DNA of 64,000 bases, taken from positions 72,667 to 136,666 of the forward strand of contig JAWBQR010000003.1 of assembly GCA_038845265.1 (NCBI GenBank), written 5' to 3'. Both the position numbers and the translations under genes were made by a program. The notes below the pieces were generated by a model. That model saw only the letters and a program-made list of their open reading frames with translations, did no database searches and was not told the DNA's origin. The stretch comes from Nitrososphaerota archaeon (GTDB taxonomy: Archaea; Thermoproteota; Nitrososphaeria_A; Caldarchaeales; Calditenuaceae). Below, piece by piece: positions 1 through 9,216 of this stretch (its first letter is position 1; every line of letters begins with the position of its first letter).

Positions 1-854
1 CTTTCCAGCTCGTATATATTAATTGAGCCGAGCGCCTCGCTAACTAATTTGTCAGCCTCTCCCTGAATGTATCTGTCCCAGTTCTTCCAGTATCTGTAAT
101 TTTCGATTCTCGCCCAATCGATGCTGAATGACTCTAGGTCCTCTGGACTAATGGTGACTGCGACTATGTCTAGTTCTCGATGGATGCTCAGGGGAGCAGT
201 AAATACTCTCTGCACATCCATTAAGTTCTCAATCTTCAGCCTCCTATCCATTGCCTTTGACCTATTACATATCTCGCTCAACCTCTCTCTACATCTTCTC
301 AACACGTACTCGACGACTACGTGTCCCACTCTAACTGGGTCCTTCGTCCAGTAGGCCTCGCTGACCGCCTTCTCATTAATATGTAAATGTATTCCCCTCC
401 CAGACCATACAAGATAGACCGATTCTGATAATCCATTACTGCTCATCTCCTCAATGATCGTCCTTGCCGCTTCTATCGCCAACTCCACTTCTCCTAATGA
501 GCAGTCAATATCTATGCTCGGAGTAACCATCGAAATATTCTCCAGCCTGGCTACGTCATCCTTATCCTTAAGTTCTCTATACAGATTAGCAGAAGCATAA
601 ATCGTCCTTAGAACCCTCCGGCCAAGCCTCATAACTATCTTTTTAATATCTCCCGGCTCCCTAATCGTGATTGGCTTCTCATCAAAATACCTATAGAACG
701 TCCTCCTGCCGCCTCTCGACGTGCCCTCCACAGCAACCCATCTATCCCTACAAAACCTAGAAATCTCATCCTGAACATCCTCCCGGAGATAATGCCTCAA
801 AACACGATCATCAAGACTCAAAACCTGCTCCAAAAAAACCCACACAAAAACCAT
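1..854 (-). CDS. priS: DNA primase small (catalytic) subunit PriS. N-terminal ~284 aa; gene runs off the left edge of the window
   Basis: My own translation of the minus strand from the ATG at 852-854 reads MVFVWVFLEQ...SIDIDCSLGE...VWSGRGIHLHI. The DIDxxD and SGxRGxH motifs are those of archaeo-eukaryotic primase. The ORF track misses it because the stop lies outside the window. Confidence 0.7.
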   Translation of the reverse strand, partial: MVFVWVFLEQVLSLDDRVLRHYLREDVQDEISRFCRDRWVAVEGTSRGGRRTFYRYFDEKPITIREPGDIKKIVMRLGRRVLRTIYASANLYRELKDKDDVARLENISMVTPSIDIDCSLGEVELAIEAARTIIEEMSSNGLSESVYLVWSGRGIHLHINEKAVSEAYWTKDPVRVGHVVVEYVLRRCRERLSEICNRSKAMDRRLKIENLMDVQRVFTAPLSIHRELDIVAVTISPEDLESFSIDWARIENYRYWKNWDRYIQGEADKLVSEALGSINIYELE

Positions 855-904
855 ATTTATTCATTTAAAGAATCTAAGCGATGAACAATTTCTAAGAGCT
901 ATCA

Positions 905-1735
905 TTATGCTTGTCTGCTTATTTGGCGGGTTAGTGTTTTGTATCCCCATGTGACGAGTATGGTTATTGCGGTGGCGGCGTTGAGGATTAGTAGGTATAG
1001 TCCGCCCAGAGTGGTCTCGAGTGTCGGGATTATTAGGAATGATAGGTTGTTCATTGCGTGGAGTATCATGACTGCGAGTATACTGCGTCCCGTGTTGTTG
1101 TATATCCATGTGAATAGAATTGTTCCGCAGATTATTAGTGTCATGAAGCCCCATAGAGGGGTTTGGGACTGGATTGTTCCGGAGATGTAGAAGAGTGGTA
1201 GGTGCCAGGCTCCCCATATGACTCCGAGAATCAGGCTTGAGACGAGTGCGTTCCATCTTGACTGTAGTCTATCGAGTGCATAGCCTCTCCAGCCCCACTC
1301 CTCCTGAAACGGTCCGCCAAGAAAAAATATGTAGAGAAAGGCAATCAATATAAATAATGGATTCGACAGCATAGACAACTCTGGCATAGATTCGCCGCTG
1401 ATCGCTGCCAATATTAGGGCACCCCCATTCATGGCTGGGAATAGAAGGAAGATGGGGACAAGCCATATTTTCCCGAACCTGTAGTTTATCCCTCTTCTAA
1501 GCAGGTCCTTCACACCGTCGCTTCCTTCATATAAATAAGTCAAGGAGAAGGCTGATACAAGTGGGCCAAAAGCAGCCGGATTGAAGGGGCTGAATAGGAA
1601 ATCGACGAGTGTTACGGGAGCAGATAGTAGTCCCGCTGAAATTAAGGCCTGAGGAACCCAAAAAATCCAAGAAAATGCAAAGGCGACCGAGAAGTATAGC
1701 CATAAATTACCTCTACGAGAATCAAGATGTGTCAC
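905..1735 (-). CDS. CPBP-family (CAAX/Abi-type) intramembrane metalloprotease
   Basis: 276-aa polytopic membrane protein with EExxxR (QEEWGWRGY), FxxxH (GAWHLP) and HxxxN (HAMNN) motifs. Confidence 0.7.
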   Translation of the reverse strand: MTHLDSRRGNLWLYFSVAFAFSWIFWVPQALISAGLLSAPVTLVDFLFSPFNPAAFGPLVSAFSLTYLYEGSDGVKDLLRRGINYRFGKIWLVPIFLLFPAMNGGALILAAISGESMPELSMLSNPLFILIAFLYIFFLGGPFQEEWGWRGYALDRLQSRWNALVSSLILGVIWGAWHLPLFYISGTIQSQTPLWGFMTLIICGTILFTWIYNNTGRSILAVMILHAMNNLSFLIIPTLETTLGGLYLLILNAATAITILVTWGYKTLTRQISRQA

Positions 1736-1918
1736 TCTTAGGCACTCCTGCTTGATTCATACTTCTTTTGGCTATAAATGTTTTGCATATCTAAAAGAGA
1801 TTAAGCGAGACCGTGGCGTATGCATTAATTAATCCTATTTAAGCTGGGCTGCTATCATTTTCCAAATTCTCTGCATTTCTGGAGTTCTCTCTGCGATAAC
1901 CCCTTTCGTAGAATTTAG

Positions 1919-2003
1919 TGCGGGGGGTGGGATTTGAACCCACGAACCCCTGCGGGACAGGAGCCTCAGTCCTGCGCCTTTGACCAGGCTTGGCGACCCC
2001 CGC
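1919..2003 (-). tRNA. tRNA-Leu (anticodon GAG), class II with long variable arm, no encoded CCA
   Basis: Reverse complement folds as acceptor GCGGGGG/CCCCCGC, anticodon stem CAGGA/TCCTG with loop CTGAGGC, long variable arm, and T-arm GGGTTCAAATCCC. Confidence 0.8.
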
Positions 2004-2028
2004 GTCTGTTTTGTCTTCCCCGTTTTTC

Positions 2029-2038
2029 AATTTTTTAT
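2029..2038 (-). promoter_or_regulatory. TATA-like box (ATAAAAAATT) about 26-35 nt upstream of the tRNA-Leu 5' end
   Basis: A/T-rich box at the spacing expected for an archaeal tRNA promoter. Confidence 0.4.
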
Positions 2039-2051
2039 GCTCTATACTTAA

Positions 2052-2762
2052 ATGTTATCCTTGTTGGGGTTTAATAGGGAGTATTTGGTGCGGAAGTTTA
2101 TTTTTTGGCTGAGCATTGCGTTGGTTATTGTCTTCTTAGTGTTTTTTGGGATGTGGATGGATTTTAACGAGGCTCAGAGCTCTATCTTGAGATGGATGAG
2201 GAGTGATCAAGGACTGCTTGATGGATTGTTCTGGATTGCTGATAATACTGGTAGCGACGTGGTGATTATTGCTTGGTGGGACTACGGGGTGGGAATAGAG
2301 GAGATAAGTCATAGAAGAGTAGTGATTAGTGAGGCCTCTAGGGAGATTAAGTGGACGATTGCTGGAATGAGGAAATATCCATGGAGTTGGATAGAGTATG
2401 AGTTGTGGTATCCATTCGAGTCTGATGAGAGGGTAAGAGACGTGGGCAGATTCTTTAGTGCGGAAGACGCATCAGAGGCCATAGAGATAGCGAGGAAATA
2501 CGGCTCTGAATATGTCTTCGTCGTCTATCCAGACGATATAATGAAATTTTACGCAATGGTTATGGCAGCCGGCAAGCAGCCAAGTGAATATCTCGGAGAG
2601 TCTAAGGCAGATACAGAGGAAGAAATGATCAGGGAGATAGAGAGCCGCGAGATAATAAAAAAGGAGACCATCGGTATAAGACTGATATATGGAGACGATA
2701 CGGAGGGCTTCGAGAAAGTATTTGATAATGGCAGAGTTAAAATATACAAGATAATAGAATAA
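2052..2762 (+). CDS. Stand-alone AglB/STT3 C-terminal-domain protein: one N-terminal TM helix plus WWDYG and DK (DDIMKF) motifs, no polytopic catalytic domain
   Basis: 236 aa. One TM (IFWLSIALVIVFLVFFGMW), then ...VVIIAWWDYGVGIEE... and ...EYVFVVYPDDIMKFYAMV..., which resembles the STT3/AglB ...YVLV..DDINKFLWM.. block. Confidence 0.6.
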   Translation: MLSLLGFNREYLVRKFIFWLSIALVIVFLVFFGMWMDFNEAQSSILRWMRSDQGLLDGLFWIADNTGSDVVIIAWWDYGVGIEEISHRRVVISEASREIKWTIAGMRKYPWSWIEYELWYPFESDERVRDVGRFFSAEDASEAIEIARKYGSEYVFVVYPDDIMKFYAMVMAAGKQPSEYLGESKADTEEEMIREIESREIIKKETIGIRLIYGDDTEGFEKVFDNGRVKIYKIIE

Positions 2763-2768
2763 GAATGG

Positions 2769-3479
2769 CTACTCGATTATGAATCTTTTTGGTTTGGGTA
2801 TGAGGAAACTGGGCATTTTTTCCTCGAATTTCTTTATCTCGTCATCATATAGTGAGAGCGTGATTGATATGTCATCCAGACCCTTAACCAAGCGCTCCTT
2901 TATGTGCTGTTCAATCTCGAATCTAATTGATTCGCCTGTCGAGGTTGTTATCGTCTGTTCGGATAGATTAATGGTGAGGTAGAGCCTGCCCCCACGCGCC
3001 AGCTCTCTAAGGTTCCTAACCTTCTCTTGAGGCAGCCTAATGCATAGTAGCCCATTCTTAGAGGCATTGACGTAGAAGATGTCTCCGAACGATGAGGCGA
3101 TTATGCTCTTGATTCCGAAATCCATGAGCGCCCAGACCGCGTTCTCCCTAGAGGACCCGATGCCGAAGTTCTTTCCAGCTATCAATATGGATGCGTCCCT
3201 GAATTCTGGCTCATCGAGGATAAAGCCGGGCTTCTTCGAGCCATCTTCATTATACCTCCATCTATAGAAGAGATACTTACCTAGCCCTTTCTTCTCTATT
3301 ATCTTGAGGAACTCGGCTGGAATTATTTGGTCAGTATCGACGTCGTCAGCCTCTAATGGTGCAGCCTTTCCATGAATTACTCTTATTGGTTCGGGCACTG
3401 GTATTTCACCTCCACGGCTCCTCCAGCCTTGCGTTATGCTCGATCTCGCATAGGTCTGCCGGCTCAATCTCTCGAACAT
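2769..3479 (-). CDS. leuD: 3-isopropylmalate/(homo)aconitate dehydratase small subunit
   Basis: Aconitase swivel-domain motifs (…DDVDTDQIIPAEFLK…, …AGKNFGIGSSRE…). The true start may be downstream of the ORF's first M, because it overlaps leuC by 74 nt. Confidence 0.8.
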   Translation of the reverse strand: MFERLSRQTYARSSITQGWRSRGGEIPVPEPIRVIHGKAAPLEADDVDTDQIIPAEFLKIIEKKGLGKYLFYRWRYNEDGSKKPGFILDEPEFRDASILIAGKNFGIGSSRENAVWALMDFGIKSIIASSFGDIFYVNASKNGLLCIRLPQEKVRNLRELARGGRLYLTINLSEQTITTSTGESIRFEIEQHIKERLVKGLDDISITLSLYDDEIKKFEEKMPSFLIPKPKRFIIE

Positions 3480-4860
3480 CGATGAATCTCCCCTCTATTG
3501 CCGCTGCAGCGGCCATTGCCGGGCTGACTAGGTGGGTCCGCCCACCTGGGCCCTGTCGGTTCTCGAAGTTTCGGTTCGAGGTGCTGGCGCACCGCTCGCC
3601 AGGCCTGAGCCTGTCGGGATTCATGGCGATGCACATCGAGCAGCCGGGATACCGCCATTCGAATCCTGCCTCGATGAAGATTCTGTGGAGCCCAATCCTC
3701 TCCGCCCTCCTCTTTATCAGCATGGAGCCCGGCACGACCATCGCCCTGACGCCCTGCTTAACCCTTCTGCCCTTCACGATCCTCGCGGCATCGATTAGGT
3801 CTGAGAGCCTCGCGTTAGTGCATGAGCCTATGAATACGACGTCTATCGGTATCTCGGTTATCTTCGTTCCGGGCCTGAGCCCCATGTAGCTCAGCGCCCT
3901 CTCGACCAGCAGTCTCTGAGCCCTGTCCTCATAATCTTCCGGCGAGGGAACCTCGCCCGTGATGCCTGTAGTCATTGCTGGATTTATCCCCCAGCTAACC
4001 TGCGGCTCGATTCTCGAGGCATCAAAGACATACCTGGCGTCGTATTCGGCGGATGAATCTGTCTTAAGACTTGACCAGTACTTGACTGCTTCTTCCCATT
4101 CTTCTCCGTCTGGCGCGTATGGAGCTCCCCTGAGGTATCTGAAGACTTTCTCGTCTGGCTCGATGATTGCTGTCCTTGCTCCGCCCTCTATCGACATGTT
4201 GCAGAGCGTCATCCTGGACTCGACTGATAGCCTCCTAGTGAGTTCTCCTGTGAATTCTACTACGTGTCCAATCATGCCTCCTGTTCCTAGGTGTTTGATT
4301 ACGTAGAGGATTACGTCCTTTGCTGAGACTCCTCTCTGTAGGTTTCCCTCGAGTCTAATCTCCATCTTCTTCGGCCTCTTCAGCCAGATTGTCTGCGTCG
4401 CGAAGACGTGTTCTCCCTCGCTCGTGCCTATTCCGAATGCAAGCGCCCCAAGCGCTCCATGCGTGCTTGTGTGGCTATCTCCGCATACCAGCGTTATTCC
4501 TGGAAGCGTCAGTCCCAGCTCCGGACCTATGACGTGTACGATTCCCTGCCATGGGCTGTGGTAGTCAAAGAGCGTTATGCCGTGCTCAGCTGCGTTTCTA
4601 GCGAGGGCCCTCATCTGCGCCGCTGAGAGCTCGTCAGTCACTGGGTGTGACCTATCAGTAGTGGGGACGTTGTGGTCCATCACGGCGAAGGTCAGGTCCG
4701 GCCTCCTTACTTTTCTCGACTTTTCTCTAAGTTCCTCGAAGGCTACTGGCGAGGTCACTTCATGTGTCAGGTGTCTATCAATGTAGAGTAATGCTTGTCC
4801 ATCTTCCCTCTCCGCGATTACGTGTCCCTCCCAGATCTTCTCAAATATGGTCTTAGCCAT
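3406..4860 (-). CDS. leuC: 3-isopropylmalate/(homo)aconitate dehydratase large subunit
   Basis: 484 aa, aconitase-family catalytic domain with Cys ligands (…GSCTNARL…, …CSMCIAMN…). Confidence 0.85.
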   Translation of the reverse strand: MAKTIFEKIWEGHVIAEREDGQALLYIDRHLTHEVTSPVAFEELREKSRKVRRPDLTFAVMDHNVPTTDRSHPVTDELSAAQMRALARNAAEHGITLFDYHSPWQGIVHVIGPELGLTLPGITLVCGDSHTSTHGALGALAFGIGTSEGEHVFATQTIWLKRPKKMEIRLEGNLQRGVSAKDVILYVIKHLGTGGMIGHVVEFTGELTRRLSVESRMTLCNMSIEGGARTAIIEPDEKVFRYLRGAPYAPDGEEWEEAVKYWSSLKTDSSAEYDARYVFDASRIEPQVSWGINPAMTTGITGEVPSPEDYEDRAQRLLVERALSYMGLRPGTKITEIPIDVVFIGSCTNARLSDLIDAARIVKGRRVKQGVRAMVVPGSMLIKRRAERIGLHRIFIEAGFEWRYPGCSMCIAMNPDRLRPGERCASTSNRNFENRQGPGGRTHLVSPAMAAAAAIEGRFIDVREIEPADLCEIEHNARLEEPWR

Positions 4861-4928
4861 GGACAGACCACCAAGGCTTCTCTCCTAAATATAAATCAGT
4901 CATTGCCTCGAACCTCTCTGTCAATGCT

Positions 4929-5087
4929 TTAACTCGATGCGTAGCGCTTGGGGTCTTTCTCGAATATTTCCTTGCATGCGGCTGAGCAGAAGTAGTATTT
5001 TCTGTGCTGGTAGTCCGAGACATATTTTGCTGTCTTCTCATTTACCAACATGCCGCAGACTGGGTCCCTAGCCATGCCTAGGGGCAT
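4929..5087 (-). CDS. Small YHS/TRASH-domain metal-binding protein (52 aa), absent from the ORF track
   Basis: Own translation: MPLGMARDPVCGMLVNEKTAKYVSDYQHRKYYFCSAACKEIFEKDPKRYASS. The DPVCGM…YYFCS..C pattern is the YHS/TRASH signature. Confidence 0.6.
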   Translation of the reverse strand: MPLGMARDPVCGMLVNEKTAKYVSDYQHRKYYFCSAACKEIFEKDPKRYASS

Positions 5088-5116
5088 CCCCGCATCGTTT
5101 ATTAAGGATTAATTAT

Positions 5117-5722
5117 TTACGTCTTTCTGTTGGCTGGCTCAAGCTTCTCGGCCAGCCTAGTCAGTATCTCCCTTATCTTTCTGAGCTCCGTCAGAGTCTC
5201 TTCTGGCTGTCCGAACAATGGCCTCGTCCGCACCCTGCTCAGTATCTTCTCCCTGAGTTCCTCCGGGTTGGTGACGTGGATTAGGCTGGCTTCTGCTCTT
5301 CTTGTCCCCGGCCCTGAGGTGCCTCCTGCCTGGCCGGTGTAGCCCGCGGTATGGACATCGACGGTTGCGTGTCCAAGCTTTCTCGAGATTGGCCCTTGTA
5401 TTATGTCGACTGACATTACCCTAGAGTATGGGACTGTATGCTTCATCTTCCACCAGACTCCACGCTTGACGACGATCTCGTCACTAGTTAGCTCGTATAT
5501 AATCGAGTCATAGTATTTTGGCGCCCAGTAGGCGACGAAGACTGCGGCGACCAATGATGGCAGAAAGAAGATTATTGCTGGGATAAATGCGAGTTCCGGT
5601 GCCTCTATCTGGACTAGCCATGTAACGATTATTCCTGCCACTAGTATCGGTGCTAGGACTATTGAGAGATAGATGTAGTACAGCGTCACCATCCTTCTGC
5701 TCGGCTTAAAAGTCTCGGACAA
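5117..5722 (-). CDS. Membrane protein with bacterial PH (bPH_2/YdbS-like) domain
   Basis: Two N-terminal TM helices, then …VKRGVWWKMKHTVPYSRVMSVDIIQGPISRKLGHATVDVHTAG…, typical of DUF304/bPH_2. Confidence 0.55.
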   Translation of the reverse strand: MSETFKPSRRMVTLYYIYLSIVLAPILVAGIIVTWLVQIEAPELAFIPAIIFFLPSLVAAVFVAYWAPKYYDSIIYELTSDEIVVKRGVWWKMKHTVPYSRVMSVDIIQGPISRKLGHATVDVHTAGYTGQAGGTSGPGTRRAEASLIHVTNPEELREKILSRVRTRPLFGQPEETLTELRKIREILTRLAEKLEPANRKT

Positions 5723-5861
5723 CTACCCTACACCGAGTGTCAATGGTTCATCTTGCTTATCTACGTTGCTTTTTATCTAGTTTTATTATGCTGTTTTGAT
5801 GAAAATTTACATAAACATGCAAGTATTGATTTATTTACTGGGACAACTCGGGGTTTTTACG

Positions 5862-6073
5862 TGAGTCTTCCATTACCATATCCTCAGTTCTTCCAGCTGA
5901 TAATCGTCATTGATGGCTTGTTGACTTTGGGGTTTTATTTGTGGCTTAGGAGGCTGAGTAGGAGTAGTAGTTACTATGGGTTTGTTAGGGGAATGACGTT
6001 CTTCATGGCCGTCGTCTTGGTGGGCCTCGTCATCTCATACGTGGCCCAGGCAACATTCATGGGGTGGTTTTAG
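5862..6073 (+). CDS. Possible small 2-TM membrane protein just upstream of the ECF S component. Start codon uncertain
   Basis: The 3' part of ORF 5753..6073 is hydrophobic (…LIIVIDGLLTLGFYLW…FFMAVVLVGLVISY…) and ends 1 nt before the next gene. Confidence 0.3.
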
Positions 6074-6074
6074 G

Positions 6075-6665
6075 ATGAGCGAGGTCGCGACAGAGGCAAG
6101 TGTAAAGATGAGGCTCGCAGTCATCTCTGGACTATTCGGAGGTGTCTGCGCAACTGCCGCCCTATTCTCGATAATAATTATTCCGCTGCCGGGTATTCCT
6201 GGAGGATCTGGGTTCTGGATACCAGCCGCTCTGTACTTTGCCTTGACGCTGTGGTTCGGCGTGTATGGGGCATTAGCTGGGCATATAGGCACCTTCATTG
6301 GGATGGGACCATTCTTCGGCTGGACCTTCCAGGTCTGGGCAGACGGGGCTCTCGGAGACTTTATCGCTCCGCTTATCTGCAGGGCATTCTTCCTGGCGTT
6401 CAAGGCAGACCCAGAGCTAAAGACGAGGAAGGACTATGCCGTGTGGCTAATCTCAGTCCCAATAGCGACATGCCTGGCCGCTATGTGGATACACTTCGTT
6501 AACTACTCATTCGGCACTATTACCTTTGGGGCATGGGTCTGGGGAGTCATTGCATACACGATTGGTGATTCGCTCGCAGTATTTACGCTCGGCACCGTGC
6601 TGCTCAAAGTCGCCTCCAAATGGGTGAAGACAAGTCCATTCTACGTTAAGGGCCGCCTCCTATAG
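6075..6665 (+). CDS. ECF transporter substrate-specific (S) component
   Basis: 196-aa, ~6-TM small integral membrane protein immediately upstream of EcfT and EcfAA'. Substrate not assignable. Confidence 0.6.
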   Translation: MSEVATEASVKMRLAVISGLFGGVCATAALFSIIIIPLPGIPGGSGFWIPAALYFALTLWFGVYGALAGHIGTFIGMGPFFGWTFQVWADGALGDFIAPLICRAFFLAFKADPELKTRKDYAVWLISVPIATCLAAMWIHFVNYSFGTITFGAWVWGVIAYTIGDSLAVFTLGTVLLKVASKWVKTSPFYVKGRLL

Positions 6666-6674
6666 TGCTCAAAA

Positions 6675-7496
6675 ATGAGTCAAAAAACTTTTTTTACATA
6701 TGTTACTAGTGAGTCACCCCTAGTCAGGATTCATCCTCTTCCCAAAGTGGCGCTCCTACTCTCGATCAATCTTGTAGCCTTAATAATTGAGGCGCCCATT
6801 CCCTTCATCGCGTTAATAACACTCTTGGCATTAAGCTTCAGAATTATGCGTGTCCCCCTCATTGGACTAAAGAAATTCGTAGTTGTAGTCATCATTGCGA
6901 GCCAGGCAGTCCTGATTTCGTATCTCCTCGGCAGCTCCATTCCTGGCAACCATATTTACATCACGTATCCATGGGGTACGTACGTCTCAGAGATGACGCT
7001 TCTCTACGCCTCCGCGATGATTATGCGATACACAACTATGCTACTTGGCTCGACACTAGTATTAGCGACGACTAGTGATAGAGACATTGTTTACGGCGCA
7101 GCGGCGCTCAAGCTTCCCTACACGTTGGGACTAATGATGAGCCTCGCTTTCAGGACCGCTACAATATTTGCAGAAGACTTCATGAAGGTCAGAGACGCGA
7201 TGATTCTTAGAGGAGCGAGCTTTCACGAAGGCCCGTTACTACAGAGGGCGAAGAAATACGCAAACGTCTTTACCTCAATGATAGTTATAGCGCTTAGAAG
7301 ACTGATGGAAGTATCATATGCAATTCAGGCAAAGGGATTCGGGGCAGCACCTAAGAGAACCTTCTATAGAGAATACAGCCTCAGAATCAGAGACATAGTA
7401 ATTACTGCACTGCTAGTAGCGACAATCCCCTCGGCATATATCTTAAGATACTATTTAGGCATCTTCGCATTTCCGGGATGGATTCCTCAAATCTAG
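6675..7496 (+). CDS. ecfT: ECF transporter transmembrane (T) component (CbiQ/EcfT family)
   Basis: 273 aa polytopic. C-terminal coupling region …ARGF…-like (…AIQAKGFGAAPKRT…) is typical of EcfT. Confidence 0.7.
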   Translation: MSQKTFFTYVTSESPLVRIHPLPKVALLLSINLVALIIEAPIPFIALITLLALSFRIMRVPLIGLKKFVVVVIIASQAVLISYLLGSSIPGNHIYITYPWGTYVSEMTLLYASAMIMRYTTMLLGSTLVLATTSDRDIVYGAAALKLPYTLGLMMSLAFRTATIFAEDFMKVRDAMILRGASFHEGPLLQRAKKYANVFTSMIVIALRRLMEVSYAIQAKGFGAAPKRTFYREYSLRIRDIVITALLVATIPSAYILRYYLGIFAFPGWIPQI

Positions 7497-7506
7497 GAGA
7501 TGAGAT

Positions 7507-9216
7507 TTGGTGGACGAGGTTATAAGAATTCAGGACCTATGGTGGAGGTACGAACTCGGAAAAGACTGGGCACTCAGAGGGATAAACCTCACAGTAAGAA
7601 GGGGAGAATTCCTCGTAATAGTTGGCCCAAGCGGAGCCGGAAAATCAACACTATGTCTCACGCTCTGCGGCATGATTCCACACTTCTCGCGGGGATACTA
7701 TAAGGGAGAAGTTCTGATAAATGGCCAGGAGACGAGAAAGATGAGGCTGAGCGAGATAACAAAGAAGGTCGGGATAGTCTTCCAAGACCCCGACACACAG
7801 TTCGTCACGATGTCTGTAGAGGATGAGATAGCCTTCCCACTCGAGAATCATGGAGTCCCTAGAGAAGAGATGATTAAGAGGGTTAGAAGGACGATGGAGA
7901 TGACGAGGATACTTGAGTTAAAGGATAAGTATCCACATGAGCTCTCCGGAGGCCAGAAGCAGAGAGTCGCGATAGCCTCAATACTCGCCCTGGAGCCTGA
8001 GATACTCGTCCTAGATGAGCCGACCTCTGACCTCGATCCAGTTGGAAAGACAGAAGTATTCTCAATGCTGGCAGACCTAAAGAAAGCGGGGAGAACAATT
8101 ATCCTAGTCGAGCATAATACTGAGGAAGCCGCGAAGTATGCGGATAGAATTGTCCTCCTTAAGGATGGACAAATAATCAGCGAGGGCTCACCGAGAGAGG
8201 TATTCAGAGACGTAGAACACATAAAGTCTACAGGCGTATACCCGCCACAAGTGACTGAGCTAGCTTATCTCCTTTCGTTAAGACATGGCTTGAACGGCAA
8301 GTTACCAATAACCCTAGAAGAATGCATCGAGTGGCTCCGGGAGATGAACGCGAAGATCATCAAATCTCTCCAGTCCAAGCCATCACCACAGAAGACGGAG
8401 GGAGAACCAATTATATCGTTCAGGAGAGTCTCATACAGGTACCCAGACGGCACGCTTGCCTTGAGTAATGTAGAAATAGGCTTCTCTAGGGGCGAGTTCA
8501 TCGCTATAATCGGTCAGAATGGCTCAGGAAAGACTACGCTGGTAAAACACATAGTCGGATTGCTGAAACCAAGTACTGGAGAAGTGAGGATATTCGGTAA
8601 GAGGACCTCTGAGACAAGCATTAGGGAGCTTGCAACAAAGGTTGGATACGTCTATCAGAACCCTGATCATCAGCTCTTCTGTCAGACAGTATATGAAGAG
8701 TGCGCATATGGTCTCCGTAACCTCGGAGTCAGGGAGGATGAGATTAAGTCCCGTGTGAGGGAAATCCTCAGAATGGTCGGCCTCGAGGGAATGGAAGATG
8801 TCGATACATTTCTACTGGGAAAGGGACAGCGCCAGAGATTGGCGATTGCATCTACACTCGTAATGAATCCAGAGGTAATAATCGTTGATGAACCGACCAC
8901 AGGCCAGGATATGGCCCAGTCATCAAGCATAATGAAGCTCCTCCAAGCCCTGAACAGGGAGGGAAGAACAATAATAATCGTCACACATAATATGCGCCTC
9001 GTTGCTGAATATGCCGAGAGGGTTGTGGTGATGCATGCAGGTAGAATAATTCTTGACGAAGACGTCAGGACAGTCTTCTCGCAGCCCGAGAAGCTGAAGG
9101 AAGCATTGATCACTCCTCCCCAGATAACGCAGCTTGGACACATCCTGGCAGGAGAGCAGTTCAGCCCACTCACAGTCGAGGAGGCAGCAGAATCGATTAG
9201 GATCGGTGATGCGTAG
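7507..9216 (+). CDS. ecfA: ECF transporter ATPase, fused tandem ABC domains (EcfA-EcfA')
   Basis: Two Walker A sites (GPSGAGKST, GQNGSGKTT), two LSGGQ-type signatures (LSGGQKQR, LGKGQRQR) and two Walker B sites (ILVLDEP, IIVDEP). Confidence 0.85.
   Translation: MVDEVIRIQDLWWRYELGKDWALRGINLTVRRGEFLVIVGPSGAGKSTLCLTLCGMIPHFSRGYYKGEVLINGQETRKMRLSEITKKVGIVFQDPDTQFVTMSVEDEIAFPLENHGVPREEMIKRVRRTMEMTRILELKDKYPHELSGGQKQRVAIASILALEPEILVLDEPTSDLDPVGKTEVFSMLADLKKAGRTIILVEHNTEEAAKYADRIVLLKDGQIISEGSPREVFRDVEHIKSTGVYPPQVTELAYLLSLRHGLNGKLPITLEECIEWLREMNAKIIKSLQSKPSPQKTEGEPIISFRRVSYRYPDGTLALSNVEIGFSRGEFIAIIGQNGSGKTTLVKHIVGLLKPSTGEVRIFGKRTSETSIRELATKVGYVYQNPDHQLFCQTVYEECAYGLRNLGVREDEIKSRVREILRMVGLEGMEDVDTFLLGKGQRQRLAIASTLVMNPEVIIVDEPTTGQDMAQSSSIMKLLQALNREGRTIIIVTHNMRLVAEYAERVVVMHAGRIILDEDVRTVFSQPEKLKEALITPPQITQLGHILAGEQFSPLTVEEAAESIRIGDA

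Noticed and set aside
121-354. 77-aa plus-strand ORF at the left edge
   Set aside because: It lies inside, and antisense to, the much better supported PriS coding region. It has no recognisable features.
939-1466. ORFs 939..1190 (+), 861..1256 (-) and 1269..1466 (-)
   Set aside because: They overlap the CPBP protease gene in other frames or on the other strand. They are hydrophilic low-complexity translations with no support.
3356-4786. Several plus-strand ORFs (3356..3889, 3532..3798, 3959..4306, 4408..4626, 4577..4786)
   Set aside because: They are shadow ORFs antisense to leuC, sitting in GC-rich sequence where antisense frames lack stops.
4853-5041. 62-aa minus-strand ORF (MRRQQNMSRTTS…)
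   Set aside because: It is an alternative frame of the same stretch that encodes a textbook YHS/TRASH domain. The YHS reading is preferred.
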